64,000 bases of DNA, from the NCBI GenBank assembly GCA_016748015.1, contig JAAOMT010000617.1:380635-444634 (forward strand), in the 5' to 3' direction. Position 1 is the first letter of the stretch, and each line of letters opens with the position of its first letter. Of the stretch, positions 1 to 11,811 are shown in pieces. The stretch comes from Geosiphon pyriformis uo1 (taxonomy: Eukaryota; Fungi; Glomeromycota). Position numbers and translations under genes: made by a program. The notes below the pieces were generated by a model, which had not been told where the DNA came from, did no database searches, and worked only from the letters and a program-made list of their open reading frames with translations.

Positions 1-120
1 ATAATGCATCTTCCACAATTTTGCCTTGAATTTTAAATTGGAGGTTTTCTTTCATTAAATTTAAAAGTTTTTTCTTTGTTAGTTTTCATGTCTCAAAAAC
101 CAGTTGTTTTATTCAATAAG

Positions 121-530
121 AATTTGGCTGATGAATGGAAACGTATCGCTGAGGGTATGAAAAAAGAAGAATGGCGTGTTAGATGTGAGAAAATATTCCA
201 TAATTTTTTTGTCAAGTTAAAGATCTGGTAAAATTATCTCATCTTTCCGATTTTTCTTAAAACCGATTATTTCGTGTGCTATCTTTAGATGTGGAAAGCA
301 CACAGGCGACTCCCGGGGTATTTTTTCTATGGGCATTAAGTTTCTCAATCATTTTTGAATACTAATTTGTAAATCTATTTGAATAGGACATTACTTTCAC
401 GAAATCCAATATTACTTTTCTATGCCTCACTAGTAAAAATTGGGAGTTATTAACTTTGGATGCACAGAAGCATGAACTAATTCGTCAGTGTGTTGAGAGG
501 CAAAGTTCAGAATATTCACCGTCGAAATAA
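121..530 (+). CDS. 3' exons of an unidentified spliced host gene (partial)
   Basis: Open exons 121-227 (NLADEWKRIAEGMKKEEWRVRCEK...), ~289-318 and ~388-530 (DITFTKSNITFLCLTSKNWELL...SPSK*, TAA 528-530), separated by short AT-rich GT..AG introns; product not recognised. Confidence 0.55.
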
Positions 531-1038
531 AATCGTTTTTTAATTGAATTTTGATTAGAAAGTTAAAGGATAATGGATTGTGATGCTAATATTTTTCTAT
601 GTTTATTTTAAAGAATTCAACTTTCAAAACAACTCAGCCTTTGTTGTTAAAATTAATAATTTACTTAAATTATTATTTATTAATGATTTTTTATTAATAA
701 AATTGTTTTAAAAGTCAGTTTTAAATTAAAATATAATATAAATTGTGTCATAATTAAAAATCAAAAATGCCCATTGTAACAATCTTAAGAATTAAAAATT
801 TCATTTGTATGCCAAATTTTTCGTTGACATTCAGGCAAAAGGTTTAATTTAAAAATTTCAATGAAATACTTTTTAAAAGTTTATTCACAGGAATAAGATG
901 TAGAATAGATGGTGAAAGAACTATACTCAATAAAGCATTTAAAAAAAAACAGCAAAAAATTCGAATCTCAAAATGAATATTCGATTGTACTGTGCGAATG
1001 GAAACTATATTTTTCAACTTATATCATTTATGAGGAGA

Positions 1039-2944
1039 TTAGCCAACTTCTAGATACTCTCCTCGTTTATTACTTTTCCGGTTTTTCAAATATTTGCTCT
1101 TCGCTTTTCGTTTTGAAATCAAGGTATCAATGTCAGAGCCAGCCGTGTGAAAGCTCATCGAAGAGGCTGGGAGACTTCCTTTAGGCACCATCAATGAAGG
1201 AGGTGGTGAGAATTCGAATATGGATTGTAAGAGTTCGTTCTCTTCAAAGTGTACATGCAACCCTTCGCCCAAGGCGTCGCGAAAAGCATTCAGCTGAGCA
1301 ATTTTCGCCCATGAAGAGAAGTAAATAGTTTGTTTTTTGAACTTTAGCTTTTCCTCGACGCCATCACCCTCCTTTCAAAAAACAGATTAATAAAAATATT
1401 GGGGATTAGCAACTGATCCTTTTATCTAAATTTCCCAAGAAAAATTTACCTCAACCGTCCTCAAAATATCCCTAAACGCCGATCTTTGGGTCTTACGTTC
1501 AGCTTTTCCGCGTCGTCGATTGCTATCGGTGGCGAGTCTGTTAAGAAGTCGGATCAACCGATCAATATCATCATAATCAACTTCATCCTCGTCGGACTAA
1601 CAAGATATGAGATAAGGTATAAAGAAGTGTTTAAAGGGAATATAAGACGTAGTAAAAAGGTGATAAGAAGTTTTGCCTCAGTATCTTGATGATCCCATTC
1701 TTCAGCTGGTTCAACCCTTCCACCAATCCCCAAGGTTTCGAACATCAAGGCAATATTTTCACCACTTGCTATACGAACTTCCATTGTCGTAGATTCAAGC
1801 TGTTTAACGTGCATAGGCATTACACGTTTAAATTCAGTGCGAGCTCTAACTGAATCTCGATTATCGCCCCATAACCCGGAATATAGCAAACCATATGCAT
1901 TTAAAGCATTAGTAAGAGAAGTACCATTGTCAAGTGCATTGATACTTTTGCCATTAGTCCCAATGATATCGGCAAAAAATTCGAGCAATTCTAAAGCCTC
2001 TACTTTAGAGGCTGCGATGAAGCAAACAAGGCTTAAAGTATTGATACACTATGGGCAAATATTAAAAGGTGTTAGTTCAGCTCGCGTCGAAGAATGCAAG
2101 ACTTCCAAAATTAATAACATACCATACTCTTAACCTCACTAGAAGCCGTATTGATTATTGTGTACTTGAGCAATTGAATCACATCCTGATACATAGATTC
2201 TTGAGACTGGCCAAGAGTAATGAAAAGTAGAGACATGACTAAAGTTCATGACAAATATTTAACAATTTGAAAGCTTCTAACAATTTTCCAGATCATGTGA
2301 ATAAAAAACATACCTTTTGCGGCAAGTCTATTTTCTTTGTAGCTTTTATCTTTTTTGATAGATCGATTTAATAAATCTAACAAGGTCTCCCGTCGAGACA
2401 GAAGCAGATCGGCGGCATATTTATGGGACAATAAGCGAATTAATTTGGCTAGTGCCTCTTCGCGGGCGCTATTGATAAATAAGATAATAAAGAATGGGAA
2501 ATATGATCAAAGTTTTTCTAATTGTTATGTTCTTCGAATTTCAATATTATCACGAAATCGAAAAAAATGTATAGTTCAATGAGATTTTGATAACCAGGGA
2601 GCGGTCACAACCCAATTAGACAGTAATTGATGTTGTAGGGAATATATTTTTTAGTCGAAACACAAGTCACACCTGGTTCTTTTCTCTTCCAATTGTTCAA
2701 CACTCTGCACTACTTCTTCATCCCAGTTCACAATTAGTTCTTCGCGCTCCGCGGAATGACTAACAGTAGAAGCCCACGAATCTACGGTATCACCAGAAGT
2801 TTCACTCCAAACATCTTCGTCAGAGGTGGTGTGGCGGCTACTCGGCTGGGTATTGCCGTTTGAAAATACTACGGTTAACGGAGAGGCGTTATTACTTTGA
2901 CGCCGGGAACCACGAGCTGCTTTCTTGCGTAGGTTTTGTGACAT
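1039..2944 (-). CDS. Interferon-related developmental regulator (IFRD1/IFRD2-like) protein, multi-exon
   Basis: ATG 2944; acidic/Ser-rich N-terminus then 'LEEKR-S-AREEALAKLIRLL' across a GT-AG intron (2672-2469); 'VRIASGENIALMFE'; C-terminal 'QRSAFRDILRTVE...SWAKIAQLNAFRDALGEGLHVHFEENELLQSIF' matches my recollection of the IFRD C-terminal signature; stop at 1039. Confidence 0.85.
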
Positions 2945-3589
2945 TATTTCTCAATGTGAAAAAAATAATTTTGTTGATTTGATCCCCGAAAAATAGATCA
3001 AGAAAAAATTTTAAAGGTTTTTTGGATTATATACTAAAACCAGAATGCACTGGAAAATACGCAGTTTTTACTCCCAATTGCGTATATAATATCTTTAATT
3101 TTAAGTTGTTTGTGTGTGATGACATCCTGACGCAATTCTCCGAGATGTGCCAAATTTGGCTTAGCCGATATTTGTAATTGAAAAATATTATATGTTATTA
3201 ATTATTAAAGTCATTTATATTAAAATTCAATTAAACAATTTATTGGAAATTTTTTGATTAAAATTATTATGCTATTTTTTAAGTATTTTAAAAAAAATAA
3301 TCTAAATAAAATACTTTGTTTTAGAAACTATCTTGGAAAATCATGTGACTTTCGACTTATATATATAATACCAAACAAATAATATAAATTAATTTTATAT
3401 AAAACTATATAATACTTATATTATATAAAATATTACATAACTATTTAGAATGATTACATAAATATAATATATGAATAATTGATTAAAAAAATCAGAAAAT
3501 ATGTTATTAATGTAGTTTTATTGTTAATTAATTATTATTAATTAAATAAAAAAATACAAAATAAATATATATTTTTTTATTATTAATTT

Positions 3590-5688
3590 TAACAAGTAAG
3601 GTCCAAACATTACTTAAAAAAATACATCAAATAATTAATCTAAGCTAAGTATAAATCATGCATTTGCTACATGTGACCAGCCACTTAAATCAATTAAAAC
3701 AATATTATATACCTATATAAACCAAGACTGGGTTTTCAATACCTAAAAAAAATAAACAAGATTTACAAAATCTGAAACTAATACTAAATATCTCAACAAT
3801 ACCAAGCAATTTAGATACATTATCAAAAAACATCAATGATAGTCCAGAAACTGGAACCAAAGTTGAACTATCACATAAAATTAGCTTATTCTTCTCTATA
3901 AAGACATAATATTTAGTATGGACCAGCCAAATCTTATCTTTAAAAGCAAGACAGAATCTACATATAAAGTTTACTACTTTCTAACCTGCAATTTTGGAAT
4001 CTTTAAAGACAGATACAGTTTCTTGAAACCAATTATTAAAAACAAAGCCCTTACACAGAGCCATATACATTACAATATTTAAAACACAGAAGAACAACAA
4101 CTAAAACACATATAAAAAAGAATAAGAAAGATCAGAAAATACATTCCAAGTGTTTGCATAGGCATCTAACAAGTGATGGCAAACAGAATTATCTACCATA
4201 CAAGAAAAAACATAGTCCAAAATCTCAATACCACCACAATACAAACACAACACACTGGGATAATGCTTGTCATATAGGCATTTCCAAACAGCAATTAGCA
4301 GTCAATAATACAAAGCTTTCATAAAGTATGTGTACACACTAGTAATAAACTTATTAGTGAAACCAGCAGCCATATATAAATTAGGATGTCACACCAAGGA
4401 TAAGCTAAGCCAATTAACATCTGAGAGTAAACTATTGTCTAAAATCCTAAAGCCAGAACCAATCTCCTATTATACATGATAAACAGATTGAAAGATTCCA
4501 CAAACAAAATATCTAGAATTGCCAAAAACAATACTATTTTTAGCCAAAATATAACATTCTTTCAATCAGAGGGAAAAGTACCAAAAAGAAAAAGATACAA
4601 CATTAGCAAGTGTATTAGCATGAATATTACCCAAAACACTTGAATGACTCTTTATCTTGTGCCAGCTAATGTTTAAATTTTTTTTCCAAACAATGTTTAC
4701 AATATGCTAATACTTGATTCAACACTAATTCTTATAATCCAGATACACTAGATCCAAGTCTAATTTGCACACATCCAAAGCAGTCTAACTGTTTGTAAAA
4801 AGATAAACTGAGCTAAGAAAGAGAACATACTCAAAAGCCAATACAATAGTTTATAACTTAACCAAAATAAAAAACATTAAACCAGAAACCTTAATTCTTA
4901 AATCCAAGTTTATGTCCTTAAAAAAAACTGACACATCAGCTCTCATGTTAGCTTTTTTCAAGTTCCTTAAAGATTCATCTGTATAAACAAAAAAGTTACC
5001 AGCCTCAACATTCAACAAATGATTACAAATTATTCTAAATTCACTAGAATCAAGAACATTTAAAGATCCAAGAACATCCAGAGATGAAAAACAAGTAAAA
5101 AAAGAATCTATTTTATCAAGGAAGTCAACCAAAAGTCTAAACCAATTAGGAACAGAGCCACATAGATCTAGCTTTTTCTAATACTTGAAGGTCTTCCAAT
5201 TAAAAACAACACCATTTCAACTGTAAAGTTGGTTCACAAAAGCTATACCATATTGTCAAAATGAATGAAAAAACCTAAAGAAATCAGACTTACTAAGAAT
5301 AACCAACATGAAAATTCCATCTTAAAAACAGAAAAAATTGTTTATTAGACTATCCAAGAACAAATTGTACTTAAAAAAAATACAAATCACATTTGTTAAA
5401 AAGTTATTAAGTGGACTGATTTTAACACAAACTGAAAAACTTAAAGAATAAAGTGGATTTCAACTCAAAACTTGCAAGTCATGAAACTTGTACAAAAACA
5501 AACAACCCAAAATTTCAACAAAGTTTACAAAACACACAATAAAAGCCAACTTGCTTTTAGTTTAAACTTGTTCAAAAGTTTTTAAATTGTACAAAAAGAA
5601 ATGATAAAACACATCACTAGAGAAATTGAAAGGCAAACTGGCTTTTAACTTTAGGTTTTTGTAAATTAAAATATTCCATTTATTACAC
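3590..5688 (-). mobile_element. Degenerate non-LTR retrotransposon (LINE), 3' part including RNase H
   Basis: ORF 4851-5132 has 'FVYTDESL' (decayed YTDGS RNase H motif); heavily stop-interrupted; continuous with 11812-15464 across the A1 insertion (ACAC TSD); 3' boundary approximate. Confidence 0.7.
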
Positions 5689-6669
5689 TGTTACCAGAGG
5701 TTTTTGGTCTCTTTTCTGTAATGTTGTTAATACTTATTTGCTGTGAATTCACGTTTTCTGGATGTGGTTGAACCTCCAATAACTGAATTTATTTTCAATT
5801 TATCTCCTATAATTTGAACTTGCTGGGCTTATATGTGGAATGGCCAATTCTGTGCCAGTTGCTTTATGTAGTTACGTTGTAGTAAACATCAACTCTTTCC
5901 CAGGAATTGCTCATCTGGAAGCTCACTAAAAATGTGTAGTTACTTTGCTGTGAAAGTCAACTCTTCTACAGGAATCTCGTCTGTAGACTACCCTAATGAT
6001 TATAATAAGAAAAGAAAAGAAAAATAAAAGAAGTGTAAAAGAAATAGGATTTTATCAAGAGAAACGTTTTCTATCCAGGCCTGGAGTCACTAACAGTTTA
6101 CTGAAATTGGTAGCTAATCAATTTCAAAATGTTAGTTGGGTTTTGGGGATTTTCCAAGTACAATAATTAAAGAATTTGGTTTTTTAAATTATTTAATATT
6201 TATTTCTTTTTGTGTGTATAAGAATGGTTTTAAGAGATAAATCTAAAGTAAGATACATTTTCTTAAAGAAAGAAGCTCTTCTTTTATACAACTTGTCATA
6301 ACACTATTCTATGAACTTGAACTTTGCTATTTTCTACAATTTTGCTGAACTAAAGATACATTTCGGCGAACTACAAGTTATTTCTGCGAACTATTAGATA
6401 TTTCAGTGAACTATCAATTATTTTGGCAAATTTCTATAAATTTTGGTGAACTTTTGAATGTTACATAGTTCGGGGTATTGCATGATTGATCATTGCAATT
6501 AGATTACATTTGTGTTGTATACAATTTGGGTTATTAATTAAATGATAATTTCGGACATTCTTTGCTAATGTAATAAGTGATAATTTGAAACAATAATATA
6601 TGCTAATTAATGATAGAAATTATGAGATAGTTTCATGCTAAATGATATCTCTAATTTTGTTTGGTAACA
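5689..6669 (-). repeat. Family A 3' LTR of A1
   Basis: TGTTACCAGA...TTGGTAACA; near-identical to 11185-11811 and the reverse complement of 46463-47445. Confidence 0.93.
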
Positions 6670-7107
6670 TAACCTCCTCCTTAAAACTGAGCTCTGTCGA
6701 AGTCTAAGTATTGTCTGTTGTTGTGGTTCAAGTTGTCTCATGTTGATTTGAGATAGTTTTTCCATGACAACATGGTAGTTTTCGGAGCTGGGGTTTGGGT
6801 TGGTTTTTGATATTGAATGTCCAATAATTTCAGAGAAATCGGGAACTATTTGGAGTAATTCTTGTTGAAATATATTACTGTGAATAACTCCAATTTCTAA
6901 ATTATTTAATAAAATTATGGGGTAGTTATTGGGGTTGTAAAAAGTAACTCAGACTTTTTTTGTTCCTTTTGGAATATAAATGTTTGGGATCAAAATATTA
7001 TGTTCCAAGCAAACTTGTTCATTGAATTCAAAAATTTGTTGTGTGGTTATTGACTTTGGGCAGATGTAGATTTCCGGATGTTCTCCAAAAGGTGAGATAG
7101 TAATTGG

Positions 7108-7920
7108 TTATGGAAGTCTGAGAATCTGGTGGGATGTGTTAAGAGCTATATTAACTGGAACTGTGAATTGTCCAGTTGAACCAAAACCTTGGGTTCCTCT
7201 ATCGCTTTTTCCTAATTGTTCTCTTTGATTGACTAGTTGCAAACCCGAAATGTTGATTAAGAGTAGGTAAATAGCTTGGGCAATTTTTTCAGCATGTTTG
7301 ATCTTGAATGGTTTGTCAGTTTCATTTTGAAACATCACTGTTATGTCTCCAGTATATCCAGCATTGATTATTCCTCCTCTGACATTGATTCTTTTGCTTG
7401 CCAGAGAGGACTGGAAGACAATTTGAACCATTGCTCTTGGCGGGATTTTGAGTGCAATGTTGAGGTTGATTTTTGTGAGAGATTTGGGTTTGAGAACAAG
7501 AGTATCCTTGCCTGGATATCTTAGGTCATATTCAGCATCAATTTCGTGTGCTTTTTCGGGTTTTATTCCTTGTCTGTTGTTGTTGAAGTATTTAAGTTGT
7601 AAGGCAGGCTGATTTTTGATAAGGTAGATGGGTGTTGTTTCAATTTTTTCCATTTCTTCAGGTTCTCCGAATTCAATTTCATTCTCATCATTTTCGCTGG
7701 GCAAGGGAATACTAAGAGCATAGCATTCAGGACACCATTGCTCATCGTAAGGCATAATGCATTTTTCACATAGCCTAATGTTTATTTGCTCTAATTGTTG
7801 AATTTGAGCTTCTTGGGTCGGGTAGGTGTGACTTGCAATTTGGTGGTAGACTTCTACTTTATCTTTGTAATTGAATCCAGCTAATTTCATGGTATATTTA
7901 ATATATTCTGCTTCCTTCAT
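7108..7920 (-). pseudogene. Cys-rich tail plus dUTPase domain of A1 polyprotein
   Basis: dUTPase motifs 'AEYDL', 'SSLA', 'GGIINAGYTGDI', 'KIAQAI', 'RGTQGFGSTG'; preceded by CEKC..WCPEC. Confidence 0.9.
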
Positions 7921-8379
7921 TTAACAAACATCTTCTTTGGTAGCTCCATTAATTAATGCCATTGCTAAGTCGAAAATTATCTCAGCATTATAAAGATAGT
8001 GATAAAGTTTGTTGAGAGCACTATTGTATGCTGCATTAAAGAGTGTTCCTCTTTTTACTTTTTCTGAAATTGATAAAGCATATTGGCAGGTCTGATTGTA
8101 GACGCCTCCTCTCATTGCTACATCAATCCAATTGCATTCTTCTGGTAGCATCTCTCCACAAGTCAAACAAGGGGTGTTGTCCCATTTTCCGCTCCTTTTT
8201 ATTAGATGGCCCTATCGCTCTCTGTGGTAAGCTTTGCAGTAATAACAAGTATAATTCTCATATTTTTCTTCAGGCAAAATGCAGGCTCTCATTGATGATA
8301 GTTTTTTGTGACAGTCCTTACATTTAAGGGGAATATAGGGGCATTGTTTCCTTGGTTTGGGTTTTGAGTAAGGTATATT

Positions 8380-8955
8380 TCATCCAAAAGTTTCGGGTTT
8401 AGTGTATGGGGTGAAATGTTCTTGTTCTGTTTCATCGGCCCAGTTGGACATTGATCCAAGAGCCATGAATGTTTCAATTATTGGTTTTTCTTCTTCCGGT
8501 TCAAATTCAAAAGCTGGGGCTTTTTCAGAGCATTTGTTGAATGTACTACAAATGGCAGGTACCCGGACATGTTGTCCTTGGTAGAAGATTGTTAACTCTT
8601 GTGTTTCCCAATTCAGATTAGCATTGGTTTCTTGAAGCCAATCATTTCCAATGAGAGCTTGATACTGAGATGTGTCCATTACAAAAACTTTAACTGGAAT
8701 GGTGATTCCATCAAGAGTGAATGGAAAATTGTCAATTTCTCCTACTGGGGTCTTTTTCATGCCATCGGCAGTGACAATTACTGTTTGAGCTGGTCGGTCG
8801 ACATTTCTTTTCAACTGTTGCATTAACTGGTAAGTAATAATGCTTTCAGCGGATCCACTGTCTAGGATCAAGCGAATTGGCTTTCCTTCTACTTCAGCTT
8901 CTGTGTACATTGCAGTGATGGCTTTTTGCTTATTAGCCACTGCATTGCTAAGCAA
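8380..8955 (-). pseudogene. Retroviral-type aspartic protease of A1
   Basis: 'LILDSGSA' catalytic motif and 'ALIGNDWL' motif. Confidence 0.9.
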
Positions 8956-10797
8956 GAATGGTGATTCATTTGCTTCAAATTCAAAAGGAAAGATATCAGA
9001 AAGATTGGCGTTTTCAGCAATTCAGGCTGGTGGAATAGTGGTGTGGTTATGAGAAGAGTTTTGTTGTTGTTGTGCTGCAGCTCTACCTTCCGAGAGTGCA
9101 ATATGGTGAAAATCCTGTTCTTCTAGCATTGTTAAATAACTGGGTTGAGTATGGTACTGGTTGGGTCTTGTTTGAGTGGTATTTTGGGGAACCAATTGGT
9201 TGTTCGAACTGATTCTATTGTTGTTTACTTGGTATCGGTTTTGTGGTGTAAATTGATTTTGTGTAATCAGTTTTTGAGCAGGTACTTGATAATGTTGGGT
9301 GGGTGGTTGTTGGTATTGCTGTTGGATTGGTTGTGGGGCAGGCTGATAATAGTTATTTTGGTATTGGGGTCTTGGTGAATAGTAAGCTGGTAGTAATGGT
9401 TGATAATAAGATTGCTGTGGTGGAGAGTAACGTTGATTACCCCTATTTTGTTGGTCTCATTGCAGCTTTCTGCAATCTCTTTTCCAGTGGCCAGAGATTC
9501 CACAGTAATGACAATTCTGGGGCTGGTTGTTGGAAAGTGGTGCAAAGTTATTTTGATTTCATCTTTGGGATGGTTGATATCTTTGGGCTTGTTGTTGTTG
9601 TTGGTTGGTAAAATAGTTTTCGACCTTCTTTGTGAGTTGGTCAATTTTTTTCTCAGCTGCTAAGCTGGTTTTTCCAATTGCCAAATTTACAAGTTTTGTA
9701 CAATTGGCTTCTTCCATGGCCATTTCGTATCTTTTCGCATGCTGTATGGCAGAGTTTAAATCTTCTGGCACATGTGGGTGAACCTTTTTAATTAGTTTAT
9801 CTTTTAGACCAGTGATAAATTGATCCAAGATTTGAGCATCAGAATAATCGTTTGTCTCGAGTTGGCAAATCCGTCTGAGAAGTTTGTTGAATTTCCCAAT
9901 ATAAGTCATAACGGATTCGGAGGGTTCTTGTTTGATATTTCAAAAATGATTGCGAAGAGTGATGGAGGTATTATTGTCAGTGAACTGTTCAAGGAAGGCT
10001 GCTTTGAAAGCATTCCAATCATTAAATGGGGTGGCAAGGTTTTCAAACCATTTTCCTGCTGTTTCTTTGAGAAAGTAGGGTATTGTTCTTAACATTCTGG
10101 CAGCATTCCATCCATTTCCATCTCCAGCTTTAGTAACTTGGTCAAGCCATTCTTGGGGACTGGTCTCAATATCTTCTCCATTGAATTCAGAGATTTTTGC
10201 AATCTATGTTGTCATTTCGTCTTCTTCGTTTTCACTGTTTATTGATTCTTCTTCAGTTATTTCAGAGTTGTTTTTTTCGTTTGCTGCTGTCTCAGAGTGT
10301 TTACTTTGATTTTCAGCTAGAAAATCAAGGAGATTGAAACTAGTTTGAAGGGGTTTTTGTTGTCTGGTAGGACTTCTGAGTGATGTAAAATCTTCTGGTC
10401 TTGCAAATTGATTCAAAGGTAAATTAGGTGTTTGTGCTTGTGCAAGTGAAGCTGGAAAAAGTGTGATAATAAGTGGAAGTTTTGAACTGGTTCCTTGTTC
10501 AGGTGTTTGTAAATGTTTGGCAGTTGTTTTTGGTAGTGTTGGAGTATTTGGGGTGGTTCTTGAATATTGCTTTAATTTGTTTTTGCCTCTGTTGCTTGTT
10601 TCTGTTTCCGATTTAAAATCAATAGTGTATTAAGACTGCACTGGATATGTTTCTTCACAGTATTTGATAATGTTAAAATTAAGTTCATGAAAGTAAGTGG
10701 CAAGTGTTTCACTATTAAGGTCTTCAGTTCCCAACTGTGAATAGTGTGCTAAATTATTGTAAAGGTTGCTTCTAACTTCTGAGATATTGTAATTTCC

Positions 10798-11184
10798 NNN
10801 NNNNNNNNNNNNNNNNNNNNNNNNNNNNNNNNNNNNNNNNNNNNNNNNNNNNNNNNNNNNNNNNNNNNNNNNNNNNNNNNNNNNNNNNNNNNNNNNNNNN
10901 NNNNNNNNNNNNNNNNNNNNNNNNNNNNNNNNNNNNNNNNNNNNNNNNNNNNNNNNNNNNNNNNNNNNNNNNNNNNNNNNNNNNNNNNNNNNNNNNNNNN
11001 NNNNNNNNNNNNNNNNNNNNNNNNNNNNNNNNNNNNNNNNNNNNNNNNNNNNNNNNNNNNNNNNNNNNNNNNNNNNNNNNNNNNNNNNNNNNNNNNNNNN
11101 NNNNNNNNNNNNNNNNNNNNNNNNNNNNNNNNNNNNNNNNNNNNNNNNNNNNNNNNNNNNNNNNNNNNNNNNNNNNNNNNNNNN
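10798..11184. other. Assembly gap (387 N) covering the A1 gag start, PBS and part of the 5' LTR
   Basis: Run of N; flanks match D gag (~47641) and D LTR (~47089). Confidence 0.98.
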
Positions 11185-11811
11185 AAATAGGATTTTATCA
11201 AGAGAAACGTTTTCTATCCAGGCCTGGAGTCACTAACATCTACTGAAATTGGTAGCTAATCAATTTCAAAATGTTAGTTGGGTTTTGGGGATTTTCCAAG
11301 TACAATAATTAAAGAATTTGGTTTTTTAAATTATTTAATATTTATTTCTTTTTGTGTGTATAGGAATGGTTTTAAGAGATAAATCTAAAGTAAGATACAT
11401 TTTTTCGAAGAGAGAAGCTCTTCTTTTATACAACTTGTCGTAACACTATTTTATGAACTTGAACTTTGCTATTTTTTACAATTTCGCTGAACTAAAGATA
11501 CATTTTGGCGAACTACAAGTTATTTCTGCGAACTATTAGATATTTCAGTGAACTATCAATTATTTCGGCGAATTTCTATAAATTTTGGCGAACTTTTGAA
11601 TGTTACATAGTTTGGAGTATTGCATGATTGATCATTGCAATTAGGTTACATTTGTGTTGTGTACAATTTGGGTTATTAATTAAATAATAATTTTGGACAT
11701 TCTTTGCTAATGTAATAAGTGATAATTTGAAACAATAATATATGCTAATTAATGATAGGAATTATAAGATAGTTTCATGCTAAATAATATCTCTAATTTC
11801 GTCTGGTAACA
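11185..11811 (-). repeat. Family A 5' LTR of A1 (partial because of the gap)
   Basis: Aligns with 6042-6669; ends TCTGGTAACA followed by TSD ACAC. Confidence 0.92.

Larger units (their letters stand above)
5689..11811 (-). mobile_element. Ty3/Gypsy element A1, internally deleted (keeps gag-PR-Cys-rich-dUTPase; lacks RT/RH/IN)
   Basis: Two homologous LTRs with TG..CA ends, flanked by ACAC/ACAC; PPT next to the 3' LTR (6670-6681); gag, protease 'LILDSGSA' (8380-8955) and dUTPase (7108-7920); N gap at 10798-11184. Confidence 0.92.

Noticed and set aside
909-2582. Plus-strand ORFs 909-1184, 1486-1689, 1837-2133, 2355-2582
   Set aside because: They overlap the spliced IFRD gene on the opposite strand and have no independent coding signal.
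6339-6456. Repeat-spacer pattern resembling a mini-CRISPR array
   Set aside because: Period is only 20 bp with ~10-bp spacers, the spacers are the same in every LTR copy, there are no cas genes and the context is eukaryotic; it is a U3 motif array.
9145-9663. Hydrophobic Val/Leu/Trp-rich ORFs resembling membrane proteins (also 48908-49245, 60483-60851)
   Set aside because: They are antisense shadows of the CAA/CCA-rich Gln/Pro tract of gag.
10749-11201. 150-aa ORF in the track
   Set aside because: Artefact of translating through the N gap.
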